Assembly: GCA_965276955.1 (NCBI GenBank)
Contig: CBDIBP010000043.1
Span: 60,646-124,645 of the forward strand
DNA from: Flavipsychrobacter sp.
GTDB taxonomy: Bacteria; Bacteroidota; Bacteroidia; Chitinophagales; Chitinophagaceae
Length of the DNA: 64,000 bases
Direction of reading: 5' to 3'
Below the pieces are notes generated by a model, which worked only from the letters and a program-made list of their open reading frames with translations, was not told the origin of the DNA and made no database searches. Positions 37,592 to 47,073 of this stretch are shown here, piece after piece. A program made the position numbers and the translations under genes. Every line of letters begins with the position of its first letter. Position 1 is the stretch's first letter.

Positions 37592-38853
37592 ATGGCAAAA
37601 CAAACAGAAAGGAAATGTTCTTTTTGTGACCGTGTGGAGAGCGATGTGAACATCCTTTTTACAGGCATAAAGGGCAATATCTGCGACCAATGCATAGAGA
37701 ATGCGCACATATTGCTGCAGGAGGCTAATGGTGATACTAAGATCAAAAAAGAAAAAGAGACCAAGACAGGGCTGGAGCATCATGTGATGCACAAACCCCG
37801 TGAAGTAAAAGCATTCCTGGACCAATATGTGATAGGGCAGGATGACGCCAAGAAGGTGCTTTCTGTGGCCATATACAACCATTACAAGCGCCTTGACCAT
37901 GCCCCCGATAGCTGATGATGTGGAGATAGAGAAATCGAACATTATGATGGTGGGTGAAACCGGCACGGGTAAAACGCTGCTGGCAAAGACGATAGCGCAA
38001 GCTGCTGCAGGTGCCATTTGCTATAGTAGACGCAACCGTATTTACAGAGGCGGGGTACGTGGGCGAAGATGTGGAAAGCATACTGTCGCGGCTTGCTGCA
38101 GGCCATGCAACTTTGATGTGGCGGCTGCCGAGCGGGGCATAGTGTACATAGATGAACTGGATAAGGTGGGCCGCAAGGGCGATAACCCATCCATAACCCG
38201 CGATGTGAGTGGCGAAGGCGTGCAGCAAGCCATGCTGAAACTGCTGGAAGGCAGCAGAGGTGCTGGTGCCGCCGCAGGGCGGGCGCAAGCATCCCAGAGC
38301 AGAAAATGATAAAGGTGAATACACGCAGAACATACTGTTCATCTGCGGAGGGGCATTTGAGGGCATAGACAAGATGATAGCCCGCCGCGTGCAAACATCG
38401 GCCATTGGGTACAACGCTATTAACTCCTCAAAAGACCTGGACAGGGCCAACCTGCTACAGTATGTGAATGCACAGGACCTGCGTTCTTTTGGGCTGATAC
38501 CGGAGTTGCTGGGTCGTTTGCCAATAGTGACATACCTGAGTCCGCTGGACCCGCCGGCGCTGAAACGTATACTTACAGAGCCTAAGAACGCACTGATAAA
38601 ACAATACACCCGCCTGTTCGAATATGAAGGCATCAAACTAAAGGTGGATGAAGGTGCGCTCGACTACATGGTAGAGAAAGCTATACAGTACAAGCTGGGT
38701 GGCCGTGGCCTCCGTGCTATCTGCGAGATGATACTTACAGATGCTATGTTCGATATGCCATCTGAGCAACATGATGGAACATTCCACCTGACAGCAGAGT
38801 ATGCCCACCAGATGCTGGACCACAGCAAGCTGGGAGTGCTAAAGGCTGCATAA
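37592..38853 (+). pseudogene. clpX: ATP-dependent Clp protease ATP-binding subunit ClpX, interrupted by seven frame shifts (8 extra nt) as sequenced
   Basis: ClpX sequence is spread over ORFs 37592-37915, 37842-38309 and 38260-38853, plus short stretches in other frames. The zinc ribbon CSFC..CDQC, Walker [75 protein letters not shown] and ILFICGGAF are all present, but in alternating frames. Confidence 0.85.
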
Positions 38854-38886
38854 CATGATATTATAAACAAGCTATAAAAACCGCAC

Positions 38887-39060
38887 ATGGAAGATCTGGT
38901 ACAAGAACTAAAAGATAAAGCAGGCCTCACAGAAGAGCAGGCCCACAAGACCATACAAACTATTAAGGACTATATCCAATCTAAGCTGCCGCCTATGTTC
39001 AGCGGTATGGTAGATAATTTCCTGGGCAGCAATACTGAGCCGGAAGATCATTTGGGATAG
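38887..39060 (+). CDS. Small 57-aa protein (below the cutoff of the ORF track)
   Basis: ATG at 38887 to TAG at 39058-39060: MEDLVQELKDKAGLTEEQAHKTIQTIKDYIQSKLPPMFSGMVDNFLGSNTEPEDHLG. A strong terminator follows directly. Confidence 0.45.
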   Translation: MEDLVQELKDKAGLTEEQAHKTIQTIKDYIQSKLPPMFSGMVDNFLGSNTEPEDHLG

Positions 39061-39082
39061 TTATTTGTAAGTAAAATTTTTC

Positions 39083-39118
39083 AGAGGTTGCCTCAATGAT
39101 TTGAGGCAACCTCTTTTT
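39083..39118 (+). terminator. Rho-independent terminator
   Basis: agaggttgcctcaa-tgat-ttgaggcaacctct perfect 14-bp stem followed by a T5 run. Confidence 0.8.
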
Positions 39119-39157
39119 AATAAGAGCAGAGATAATTTCCGTAAATCAATACACTGA

Positions 39158-40864
39158 ATGCCCTCCCTTCCCGACCATATAGAACTGGATGAAAGTAACG
39201 CGGAGTTCAACTACGCCATGCAGTTCGTGCAGCACACCAACAGGCTTATATACCTCACTGGTAAAGCAGGCACAGGGAAGACCACTTTTTTAAAATACCT
39301 GAAGCAGACCACCAAGAAGAATACCGCTATTGTGGCACCTACAGGCGTTGCTGCAATAAATGCAGGCGGGCAGACCATCCATTCCTTTTTTCAGATAAAG
39401 CCGGGCGTGTATGTGCCCAATGATAAAAGGTTGCGCAGCCACGCAGGCCCTTTCGATACAGACAAAAGCACAGTATTCAACTACTTCAAGTATTCTGAAG
39501 AGCAGCGTAAGGTGGTACGCGAACTGGAGTTGCTGATCATTGATGAGATATCAATGGTGCGCTGCGATCTGCTGGATGTAATAGACAGGCTGATGCGTGT
39601 ATATCGCAACCGGGAGTTCGAGCCATTTGGTGGTGTGCAGGTGATACTGATAGGCGATACTTTTCAACTGCCACCAATTGCAGATGGCGAGCAATGGGAT
39701 ATACTAAGCAAGTTCTATGAAAGTCCTTTCTTTTTTAGCTCCCATGTCATTAGCCGGTACAAGCCGGTGTACATAGAGCTGAAGAAGATATACCGCCAGA
39801 AAGAACAAGCATTTATAGATCTGCTGAACAGGGTGCGCACTAACCAGGTATCGCAAGACGAGGTAGCATTGCTGAACAGTAAGTACGACCCCACATTCAC
39901 TCCGCCGGAGGGCGCAAATTATATCACACTGGCTACCCACAATAAAATTGTGGACACTACCAATACTACCCGGCTTGCAGAATTGAAAACAGACGCGCTC
40001 ACCTTCAAAGCTACTGTCGACAAAGACTTCCCCGATAACATGATGCCTGCAGATAAAGTGCTGCAATTGAAAGAGGGCGCACAGATCATGTTCATTAGAA
40101 ACAACAGGGCCAAGAAGGTGCACAACGGAAAAATCGCAAAGATCAAATCATTGAAAGACGACAAGATAATAGTGGAGAATGAGGATGGCGATGAGATAGT
40201 GATGGAGAAGGAGACTTGGGAGAACATACGGTATTCATGGAACGATAAGGACCATAAAATTGAAGACGAAGTAATAGGCAGCTTTACCCAATACCCTATA
40301 AGGCTGGCGTGGGCTATATCCGTACACAAAAGCCAGGGGCTTACTTTCGATCATGTTATTGCCGACTTGGGCGGCGCATTCTCTGCCGGGCAGGTATATG
40401 TCGCACTCAGTCGCTGCACTTCATTTAGCGGGTTGGTTTTGCAAACCCGCATAGGCCGCAATGCCATCAGAACAGACACCCGGGTCATTCGTTTTGCACA
40501 GAACGAGACGCCCGATACATTAATAGTACAGGAGCTTACCGATGGCAAAGCGGACCACTACTACCGCAAGGCAAGAGAAGCTATAAGATCAAAAGATGTG
40601 GCTACTGCGCTACAACATTTCCTAAAGGCTATTGAGTTTAGGAATGATGCACACACTGATATTTTCAAGAGATACATGAGTGTCCTTCAGCAACAGCTCA
40701 CTGCAAAAAAGCCCATGCAGGCAAAGCTACCTGCAGCAGCAACCTTGCTATTAAGTGAATACAAAAAGGTAAAGACACTCGAACCGCTACCAGCCGATAG
40801 CAAGAAGAATAAGTCGATAAGTTTCTGGGTTGAGAAATTTGTTGTGCTTGCACGTACACGATAA
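39158..40864 (+). CDS. Pif1/RecD-like superfamily 1 DNA helicase
   Basis: Walker A GKAGTGKTT, APTGVAAINAGGQTIHSFF, Walker B LIIDEISMV, GDTFQLPPI, SVHKSQGLTF, YVALSRC. There is a ~120-aa helical C-terminal extension. Confidence 0.8.
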   Translation: MPSLPDHIELDESNAEFNYAMQFVQHTNRLIYLTGKAGTGKTTFLKYLKQTTKKNTAIVAPTGVAAINAGGQTIHSFFQIKPGVYVPNDKRLRSHAGPFDTDKSTVFNYFKYSEEQRKVVRELELLIIDEISMVRCDLLDVIDRLMRVYRNREFEPFGGVQVILIGDTFQLPPIADGEQWDILSKFYESPFFFSSHVISRYKPVYIELKKIYRQKEQAFIDLLNRVRTNQVSQDEVALLNSKYDPTFTPPEGANYITLATHNKIVDTTNTTRLAELKTDALTFKATVDKDFPDNMMPADKVLQLKEGAQIMFIRNNRAKKVHNGKIAKIKSLKDDKIIVENEDGDEIVMEKETWENIRYSWNDKDHKIEDEVIGSFTQYPIRLAWAISVHKSQGLTFDHVIADLGGAFSAGQVYVALSRCTSFSGLVLQTRIGRNAIRTDTRVIRFAQNETPDTLIVQELTDGKADHYYRKAREAIRSKDVATALQHFLKAIEFRNDAHTDIFKRYMSVLQQQLTAKKPMQAKLPAAATLLLSEYKKVKTLEPLPADSKKNKSISFWVEKFVVLARTR

Positions 40865-40876
40865 CATCTATCGTTA

Positions 40877-41332
40877 TCAATACTTCAATACAAAGTGTTG
40901 CTTTTCCTTGAACTCTTTCTTAAAAAAAAGTAATCCGACACCATCTATATCTATGCTCAATTTTACATGGGCATTACTATGTAGTTGTGTCCACTCCGCT
41001 GTATCCACAGGCGATGAATGTATGCCTGTTACAACCACAAGATCGTCACTATTCAATATGGACATTTTTATGTTCAGCTGTGCTGCATCGGTTACCGATA
41101 TTATTTGTAATGTAGTTGGCTGGCAGTAGCTGTTTATGTTTGTGAGTAAGCACCTATACCTGTCATGCAACAAAGATACCTTTCCCTTCACGGTCAAAGG
41201 AATGCTATTAGGATCGCCCTTTTGTTGAAGTACTTGCTCTATGAAGCCATACACGAATGGCGAGTGTACCCCATGCCTGGTCTTAGCTTTTAAGCGGTAT
41301 TTGATGTACTGTATAGTGGTGTAGATACTCAC
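40877..41332 (-). CDS. Hypothetical protein, translationally coupled to folA
   Basis: 151-aa ORF whose ATG overlaps the folA stop (ATGA, 41329-41332). I could not securely recognise a motif. Confidence 0.5.
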   Translation of the reverse strand: MSIYTTIQYIKYRLKAKTRHGVHSPFVYGFIEQVLQQKGDPNSIPLTVKGKVSLLHDRYRCLLTNINSYCQPTTLQIISVTDAAQLNIKMSILNSDDLVVVTGIHSSPVDTAEWTQLHSNAHVKLSIDIDGVGLLFFKKEFKEKQHFVLKY

Positions 41333-41832
41333 AGGTCTATCCGTTCGTACTTTTGAAAAGTGAAAGCGTATTTGTGGCGTTCATGAACGTCATGCGCTTC
41401 CTCCCATACCAGCTTCCAATGGCTGTGGTCTATGGTCGGGAAAAAAGCATCAGCCTGTTCTATCACGGTATGCACGCGGGTTACGTACATGCGGTCCACA
41501 ATATCTATAGCTGCTGCAAATATTTGTCCGCCACCTATTATAAAACCCTCATCACCTGGTTGTTGTTTCAGTATTTCTACTCCTTCTTCCAGGGTCTTGC
41601 AAAGTACCACACCCTCCGGGAGTGCAAGGTCTGCCTGCCTGGATACTACAATATTCAACCTTCCCGGCAATGGCTTGCCCAGCGAGTCGTAGCTTTTGCG
41701 GCCCATGAGCACAGGTTTGCCCATTGTGGTCCGTTTAAAGAATTTCAGGTCTTCGGGCAGGTGCCACGGCAATTGGTTGTGGCTGCCAATAGCATTGTTT
41801 TCCGATGCGGCTACTATAAAAGATAAAGTCAA
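41329..41832 (-). CDS. folA: Dihydrofolate reductase
   Basis: IVAASENNAIGSHNQLPWHLPEDLKFFKRTTMGKPVLMGRKSYDSLGKPLPGRLNIVVSR is the DHFR signature. Confidence 0.9.
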   Translation of the reverse strand: MTLSFIVAASENNAIGSHNQLPWHLPEDLKFFKRTTMGKPVLMGRKSYDSLGKPLPGRLNIVVSRQADLALPEGVVLCKTLEEGVEILKQQPGDEGFIIGGGQIFAAAIDIVDRMYVTRVHTVIEQADAFFPTIDHSHWKLVWEEAHDVHERHKYAFTFQKYERIDL

Positions 41833-41868
41833 ATTCAGCGTATTCAGGAACTGTGAATGGAATAGTTG

Positions 41869-42663
41869 TTATACTGCCACAGGTGCTTTTATGGCAGGGT
41901 GGTGCTGGTAGTTCTCCAGAGTAAAATCCTCATACTTAAAAGCGAACAGGTCTTTTATCTCCGGGTTTATCTTCATCACTGGCAATGGGTACGGTGTGCG
42001 GGTCAGTTGCAGGTGTGCCTGGTCCAGGTGGTTCTTGTACAGGTGTACATCACCAAAGGTGTGCACAAAATCACCGGGTTGCAGCCCGCATACTTGTGCC
42101 ATCATCATAGTTAGCAGCGCATAAGAAGCTATGTTGAATGGCACACCCAGGAACACATCGGCACTGCGCTGGTACAGCTGGCAGCTTAGCTTGCCATCAG
42201 CCACATAGAACTGGAAGAGTGCATGGCAGGGGCTCAGTGCCATCTTCGGCAGGTCGGCCACATTCCAGGCATTCACTATCATCCGGCGGCTGTCTGGGTT
42301 GGTCTTTATCTGGTGCAGCACGTCCTTTATCTGGTCGTAGGTCTGTCCGTCTGCACCGGTCCAGCTGCGCCATTGGTGGCCATATACAGGTCCCAGTTCG
42401 CCTTGTTCGTTGGCCCACTCATCCCATATGCTTACGCCATGCTCATTCAGCCACTTCACATTTGTATCTCCATTCAGGAACCATAGCAATTCATATATTA
42501 TCGACTTCAGGTGCAGTTTCTTGGTGGTCACCATCGGGAACCCTTTTTGCAGGTCAAAACGCATCTGGTAGCCAAAGCAACTGATGGTACCAGTACCGGT
42601 GCGGTCTGTTTTTTCTACCCCGTTATCCAGTATATATTGTAGTAGTTTTTGGTAAGCCTCCAT
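41869..42663 (-). CDS. thyA: Thymidylate synthase (ThyA type)
   Basis: [37 protein letters not shown] (catalytic Cys), and a terminal ...PAIKAPVAV. 264 aa. Confidence 0.95.
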   Translation of the reverse strand: MEAYQKLLQYILDNGVEKTDRTGTGTISCFGYQMRFDLQKGFPMVTTKKLHLKSIIYELLWFLNGDTNVKWLNEHGVSIWDEWANEQGELGPVYGHQWRSWTGADGQTYDQIKDVLHQIKTNPDSRRMIVNAWNVADLPKMALSPCHALFQFYVADGKLSCQLYQRSADVFLGVPFNIASYALLTMMMAQVCGLQPGDFVHTFGDVHLYKNHLDQAHLQLTRTPYPLPVMKINPEIKDLFAFKYEDFTLENYQHHPAIKAPVAV

Positions 42664-42808
42664 AAGTATGCAAGTTACAAAATAAAGATACCGGTCGGTA
42701 ATGCATGTATTTATAATGCTATGCTATTCGGCTATTGCGCTTCTGTCCGCGCGGCATCCCTTATAATGGTAAGGTTATGTATATTTATGCCGTTCAAATA
42801 AAGATATT

Positions 42809-43324
42809 ATGCCGGTAATACTGCCTGTAAAAGGTATTGCACCCACCATACCTGGTGATTGTTTTATAGCGCCCAACGCCACTATTGTAGGCGATGTAGT
42901 GATGGGCAACGAGTGCAGCGTATGGTTCAATACCGTGATACGCGGCGATGTGAACAGCATACGCATAGGCAACAAGGTGAATGTGCAGGACGGCGCATGC
43001 ATACATTGCACGTATCAGAAGACCACTACTAATATAGGTAACAACGTATCCATAGGCCACAATGCTATAGTGCATGGCTGCACGGTAGAAGATAATGTGC
43101 TGATAGGCATGGGGGCTATCGTGATGGACAATGTGCATATTGGCGCAAATACCATCATAGCTGCTGGCGCTGTAGTGCTGGAAGGCACGCAAGTGCAGGG
43201 TGGCAGTATATATGCCGGGGTACCCGCAAAAAAAGTAAAGGATATCAGCCCCGAATTATTGAAAGGCGAAGTGCAGCGTATAGCCGATAACTACCTGATG
43301 TACAGCAGTTGGTTTACAATATAA
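42809..43324 (+). CDS. Gamma-carbonic-anhydrase-like hexapeptide-repeat (LbH) protein
   Basis: APNATIVGDVVMGNECSVWFNTVIRGDVNSIRIGNKVNVQDGACIH is the YrdA/PaaY-type pattern. 171 aa. Confidence 0.8.
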   Translation: MPVILPVKGIAPTIPGDCFIAPNATIVGDVVMGNECSVWFNTVIRGDVNSIRIGNKVNVQDGACIHCTYQKTTTNIGNNVSIGHNAIVHGCTVEDNVLIGMGAIVMDNVHIGANTIIAAGAVVLEGTQVQGGSIYAGVPAKKVKDISPELLKGEVQRIADNYLMYSSWFTI

Positions 43325-43412
43325 GATCTCAATATTAATTTAATATTAAATTTTATCTCATTAGAACATAATTATTTTTATTATAAGGCTATGATTTATT
43401 GAACAGACCTTA

Positions 43413-43420
43413 TATATTTG
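43413..43420 (+). promoter_or_regulatory. Bacteroidota -7 promoter box (TAnnTTTG)
   Basis: tatatttg lies 22 nt upstream of the ATG at 43442. Confidence 0.4.
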
Positions 43421-43441
43421 TTCCAAATTACACTCACAAAC

Positions 43442-44185
43442 ATGAAGAAAATAGTTTTTGCACTTTTAACAGTGATAGGTTTCACGACCGCTAATGCACA
43501 AGACCACAGCATCTTACTCTATGGTAATGTAGGTGTTACCTCCGTTAAAGATAGCACCAAAGGCAACGCCATGAGCTGGCATGCTAACCCGGGTGTAGGG
43601 TATCAGATAAACAAACACATCACAGTAGGTGTTGAGCTGGGCTGGGCACAAACTTCTTACAAGCCAAACGGTGGCGATCGTGCAACTACTAATAATTACA
43701 ACGCTGGTGTTTTTGTACGTGGTTACCATTACATGGGCAATTCACACTTTTATTGCTTTAGCCACTTGGGCTTAGGCTACCAGGGTCAGTATTCTACGGA
43801 AGGCTCGCATCCTGCTACCGATAAGTTCTCTGGCATGTATGTATCATTGACGCCAAACATTGGCTATATGTTCGGCCATGGCTTCTCTGCATATGCATCT
43901 TATGGCAGCATTGGTTACAACACACTGAAACCAGCAGACGCTACATTTAATAATCCTAACAAGAACCCAACCAATACTTTTGTATTCTCTTTTGGTAACG
44001 ATTTTCAATTTGGAGTATCTAAGAACTTTAGTTGTCATGGAGCACATATGCACCACCACCACGATGCTAATTCTGAAATGCATTCAGGCGTAGATTCTAA
44101 AGATGACGCTGATGATGATGGCGACAAACCAATGAAAAAGAAAAAACACCACAAAAAAGATAACGACAAAGACGGTGATGAATAG
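43442..44185 (+). CDS. Outer-membrane beta-barrel protein with His-rich acidic/basic C-terminal tail
   Basis: The Met at 43442 gives the signal peptide MKKIVFALLTVIGFTTANAQ. The body has alternating beta-strand patterns ending ...FQFGVSKNF. A 50-aa tail follows: SCHGAHMHHHHDANSEMHSG...KKKKHHKKDNDKDGDE. Confidence 0.65.
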   Translation: MKKIVFALLTVIGFTTANAQDHSILLYGNVGVTSVKDSTKGNAMSWHANPGVGYQINKHITVGVELGWAQTSYKPNGGDRATTNNYNAGVFVRGYHYMGNSHFYCFSHLGLGYQGQYSTEGSHPATDKFSGMYVSLTPNIGYMFGHGFSAYASYGSIGYNTLKPADATFNNPNKNPTNTFVFSFGNDFQFGVSKNFSCHGAHMHHHHDANSEMHSGVDSKDDADDDGDKPMKKKKHHKKDNDKDGDE

Positions 44186-44201
44186 TCACTTGGCAAAATA
44201 A

Positions 44202-44245
44202 AATAGAAAGAGGCTGTCTCAATATTGAGATAGCCTCTTTCTATT
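44202..44245 (+). terminator. Rho-independent terminator (long perfect hairpin)
   Basis: aatagaaagaggct...agcctctttctatt encloses a second palindrome, tctcaatattgaga, and is followed by ttatt. Confidence 0.7.
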
Positions 44246-44369
44246 TTATTGAATGTAGCTGGTCGTAATTTCTTTAAAGCGTACCCAAGTTTATCTGTAG
44301 CAACTCCTTCTATGCAAGGAGGATTTTTTTCGCATCATTTATTTATCTTGTTCTCAATATCATTTATCT

Positions 44370-45185
44370 ATGAAGAAGTTTTTACTGCTGGCCCTGGGCA
44401 TTACAGCCGCTACTACTACATTCGCACAGCCAGGTACTTGGCTGGTATATGGCAACGGTAGCTTTTCGCAAAACAATAATAGCAACAACAATATTAGCGC
44501 TCAAGGCAACAATACCAACTGGAGCGTGGCGCCAGGTATTGGTTACCAGTTCAATAAGCACCTCACTGCAGGCATACAGGGCAGTTACACTCATACTGAG
44601 AATGGGCAGTATCTGCTATACGATCCTATAAGTTCGTCCATGCCTTACTATTATAGCGGTGGTATCTCTATCGATTGGTCAGCAGGGGCTTTTTTCCGCT
44701 ACACCCAAAAGGTGGGGAAGGTATTCTTCCTGTACGGGCAGGCAAATATGTCCTATATATCCAGCGAGCTCTACAATGCCCCTTATTATTATTTTCTACC
44801 TAATGGTACTACAGTTTCCGAAAGCCGGCCAAAGGCCACCGGTTTCCAGGCGCAGTTGTTCCCTGCTGTGGGCGCCAGGGTATATAAAGGGCTTGCCCTC
44901 AATTTTAGCATTGGCGGCATCAACTACGCTACACAAAGCCAGAATGTAGATGCAGTAGGTACCAACAGGTCCAGCAACATAGCGGTCACCTTTGGCCAGC
45001 AGGTCAATTTTGGTATATCAGACAACTTCAATTGCCATATGATGCACCACCGCAAGCACCACCACCATGCAGAGGCAGGTGCAGAAATGCGCAGAACAGA
45101 TATGCCTGTGGAAGACGACGATGCACCTGCACCGGTTGCCCCAAAGCATAAAAGACACCATAAAGAAAAAGAAGAGAACGAATAA
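44370..45185 (+). CDS. Outer-membrane beta-barrel protein with His-rich C-terminal tail (paralogue of 43442-44185)
   Basis: Signal peptide MKKFLLLALGITAATTTFAQ. It shares motifs with the neighbour (W.V.PG[IV]GYQ[FI]NKH[IL]T.G). The barrel ends ...NFGISDNF, then the tail reads NCHMMHHRKHHHHAEAG...KHKRHHKEKEENE. Confidence 0.65.
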   Translation: MKKFLLLALGITAATTTFAQPGTWLVYGNGSFSQNNNSNNNISAQGNNTNWSVAPGIGYQFNKHLTAGIQGSYTHTENGQYLLYDPISSSMPYYYSGGISIDWSAGAFFRYTQKVGKVFFLYGQANMSYISSELYNAPYYYFLPNGTTVSESRPKATGFQAQLFPAVGARVYKGLALNFSIGGINYATQSQNVDAVGTNRSSNIAVTFGQQVNFGISDNFNCHMMHHRKHHHHAEAGAEMRRTDMPVEDDDAPAPVAPKHKRHHKEKEENE

Positions 45186-45202
45186 GCTGATACTAAGAAC
45201 AA

Positions 45203-45239
45203 AAAAGCGTCGCACCATTTGGTGCGACGCTTTTCTTTT
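45203..45239. terminator. Bidirectional rho-independent terminator
   Basis: aaaagcgtcgcacc-attt-ggtgcgacgctttt with A/T runs on both sides, between convergent stops at 45185 and 45252. Confidence 0.75.
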
Positions 45240-45251
45240 GCACAGCAGTGC

Positions 45252-46271
45252 TTACATCTTTATGAACTTCTGCATACATTTCGTTGATCCATTCTGCACC
45301 TCTGCTAAGTACATACCCTGCGCAAGCGCACTGATATCAATGGTATTTTTACCATTTTTAAGGTCGCCGCGTACAGTAGTTGTGGTGCCATTTATAGCCA
45401 CTATATTGTAGGTATAAGTTGTATTAATACTTGGTACAGTAATGGTTAGCTCGTCGTGGCAAAAGGTAGGGTACACCTTCACTGCGGCTTCGTTCTTTAC
45501 GTCAGGCGTTGCCAGTTTATTAGGTGTGAACCTGTACACGGTGCTATCGGCGGGCCAGGAGTGCAAGGGGACAACAATATGCGCCAGCGAATTGTTTACT
45601 ATGGCATTTTGTTCAGGCAGTGGGTTCGTGGGCAGGCCAGCCAGCACATATATTGGTCCGTTCTCTTTAGGGTTTTGCGTCACATCCTGTAGGTAATAGA
45701 CCAGTGGGCCACCACCATACGCAAAGTAAAGTTGAGTGTTTCTAACACGCGAAGGCCCATAATGGAGTTCCACTACATTACTCCCTTCATACAGCCATAT
45801 TTGTAGGCATACAGAATCGGTAAGCGTGTGCAGGTTATTATATTCCCTAACGAAGCCTGCATTGTAAGCTTCAAATTTCAATATACGCTGTCCTGCCACA
45901 CCATCAACCTCTGAGCGTACCGGCGACAAAGAACGGCCGCTGTCCGCACCCCGGTCCATAATATTGGTCTCTGTAGCATTGAACCCCGAAAACAAGTTCT
46001 GCCCAAGGTCGCTGGTAAAGGTATTGGCTCCGCTAAAGAAGGCGAATGAGCAGTCTATAGTATCAAGTTTGAAATTAAAACCCGGACTGACCACATAATT
46101 CGCAGTGTCTCCCCTCCAAACATGGTTTTGGTTCAGGCTAAAACCATTGGTCAATGGCACATATGCCTGAGTGGAGGTAGATAGGGTGTATGCGAACTGG
46201 AATTGGGCATTGGCATTGCAGTGTAGTAACAGGGCAGCAATAACAGAAAAGGCGCAAATTGTTTTTTTCAT
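45252..46271 (-). CDS. Secreted protein with type-A T9SS C-terminal sorting domain
   Basis: Signal peptide. The C-terminal ~80 aa (VKVYPTFCHDELTITV...IDISALAQGMYLAEVQNGSTKCMQKFIKM) fit the Por secretion tail. Confidence 0.7.
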   Translation of the reverse strand: MKKTICAFSVIAALLLHCNANAQFQFAYTLSTSTQAYVPLTNGFSLNQNHVWRGDTANYVVSPGFNFKLDTIDCSFAFFSGANTFTSDLGQNLFSGFNATETNIMDRGADSGRSLSPVRSEVDGVAGQRILKFEAYNAGFVREYNNLHTLTDSVCLQIWLYEGSNVVELHYGPSRVRNTQLYFAYGGGPLVYYLQDVTQNPKENGPIYVLAGLPTNPLPEQNAIVNNSLAHIVVPLHSWPADSTVYRFTPNKLATPDVKNEAAVKVYPTFCHDELTITVPSINTTYTYNIVAINGTTTTVRGDLKNGKNTIDISALAQGMYLAEVQNGSTKCMQKFIKM

Positions 46272-46426
46272 AAAGGGAGGTTATAGTATCTAAGACGTAA
46301 GATATCATGAAAACCTTTGTATGGAGAATGCTTGTTTACAAAAGCTATTGGCAGATTCCTTTCCCCACGACTACGCAGGCGAGAAAAATGACTCTATCAA
46401 GGAAGAGAATTAATTAATTTCACACC

Positions 46427-46630
46427 ATGTATTCAATTTTACGTTTGCTGAGCCTTTTAGCATTGCTATCGATCATAGCGGGTTTGGTAGTGCAACAAAT
46501 GCACTGGGGCGATAATACCCTATTGCTGGTCACAGGCATTATATGCGCCAGTATCGGTTTTAGCGGCCGCAAGTACCTGGATTATAAAAAGAGAAAAGAA
46601 ACTAATTCTGGCAAGCAACCCAAGGAATAG
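46427..46630 (+). CDS. Small two-TM membrane protein
   Basis: 67-aa ORF with two hydrophobic helices and a basic C terminus. Confidence 0.4.
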   Translation: MYSILRLLSLLALLSIIAGLVVQQMHWGDNTLLLVTGIICASIGFSGRKYLDYKKRKETNSGKQPKE

Positions 46631-46959
46631 AAGTAGCGAGGATGCCCCCTCTCGTCCTCGTTTATAACGAGGATGCCCCGGCACGGCGTTTGCAACGCCG
46701 ATACCAGTACAGAGTTAAACGTGGCTCATCGTCCTCGTGAAAAACATCCCACCCCGTGGAACTGTGCATATCTTCTTTTGGGAACCGACCCTTATCCACC
46801 ATATCTTGCACTTGGCCAGCACCTGGGTCCAGAGCCAGTTAGTTTCATCTGTGGGTAACGGCTACGAACCAGGCATTTATTTTTCACCGGGCAATCGGTA
46901 ATTTGCCCCTAAAATCCTTTACCGCATTCACTTTTAGCCAAAAATAAAAATGACCGGTA

Positions 46960-46989
46960 CCGGAAATTCCCGGAAATTCCGGAAATTTT
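46960..46989 (+). repeat. Triple tandem repeat of CCGGAAATT(C)
   Basis: ccggaaattc ccggaaatt ccggaaatt read directly from the sequence. The unit contains the near-palindrome ggaaattcc. It lies 113-142 nt upstream of the icmF ATG. Confidence 0.8.
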
Positions 46990-47065
46990 ACGCACTACGT
47001 TTTCATCATTATCAAATTGTCGTATTACCGCATTCCATCACATTTCTTACGCCTTAAAAAAATAG

Positions 47066-47073
47066 TAACTTTG
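47066..47073 (+). promoter_or_regulatory. Bacteroidota -7 promoter box (TAnnTTTG) for icmF
   Basis: taactttg lies 29 nt upstream of the ATG at 47102. Confidence 0.45.

Noticed and set aside
37743-38636. 297-aa ORF, plus the 166-aa and 150-aa ORFs, on the minus strand opposite clpX.
   Set aside because: These are shadow ORFs antisense to strongly conserved ClpX coding sequence. Their composition is low-complexity and Cys/Arg/Ser-rich, and they have no recognisable motifs or start context.
46673-46858. 61-aa plus-strand ORF in the icmF upstream region.
   Set aside because: It has a Pro/His/Gly-rich odd composition and no promoter or terminator logic. The region looks structured and non-coding.
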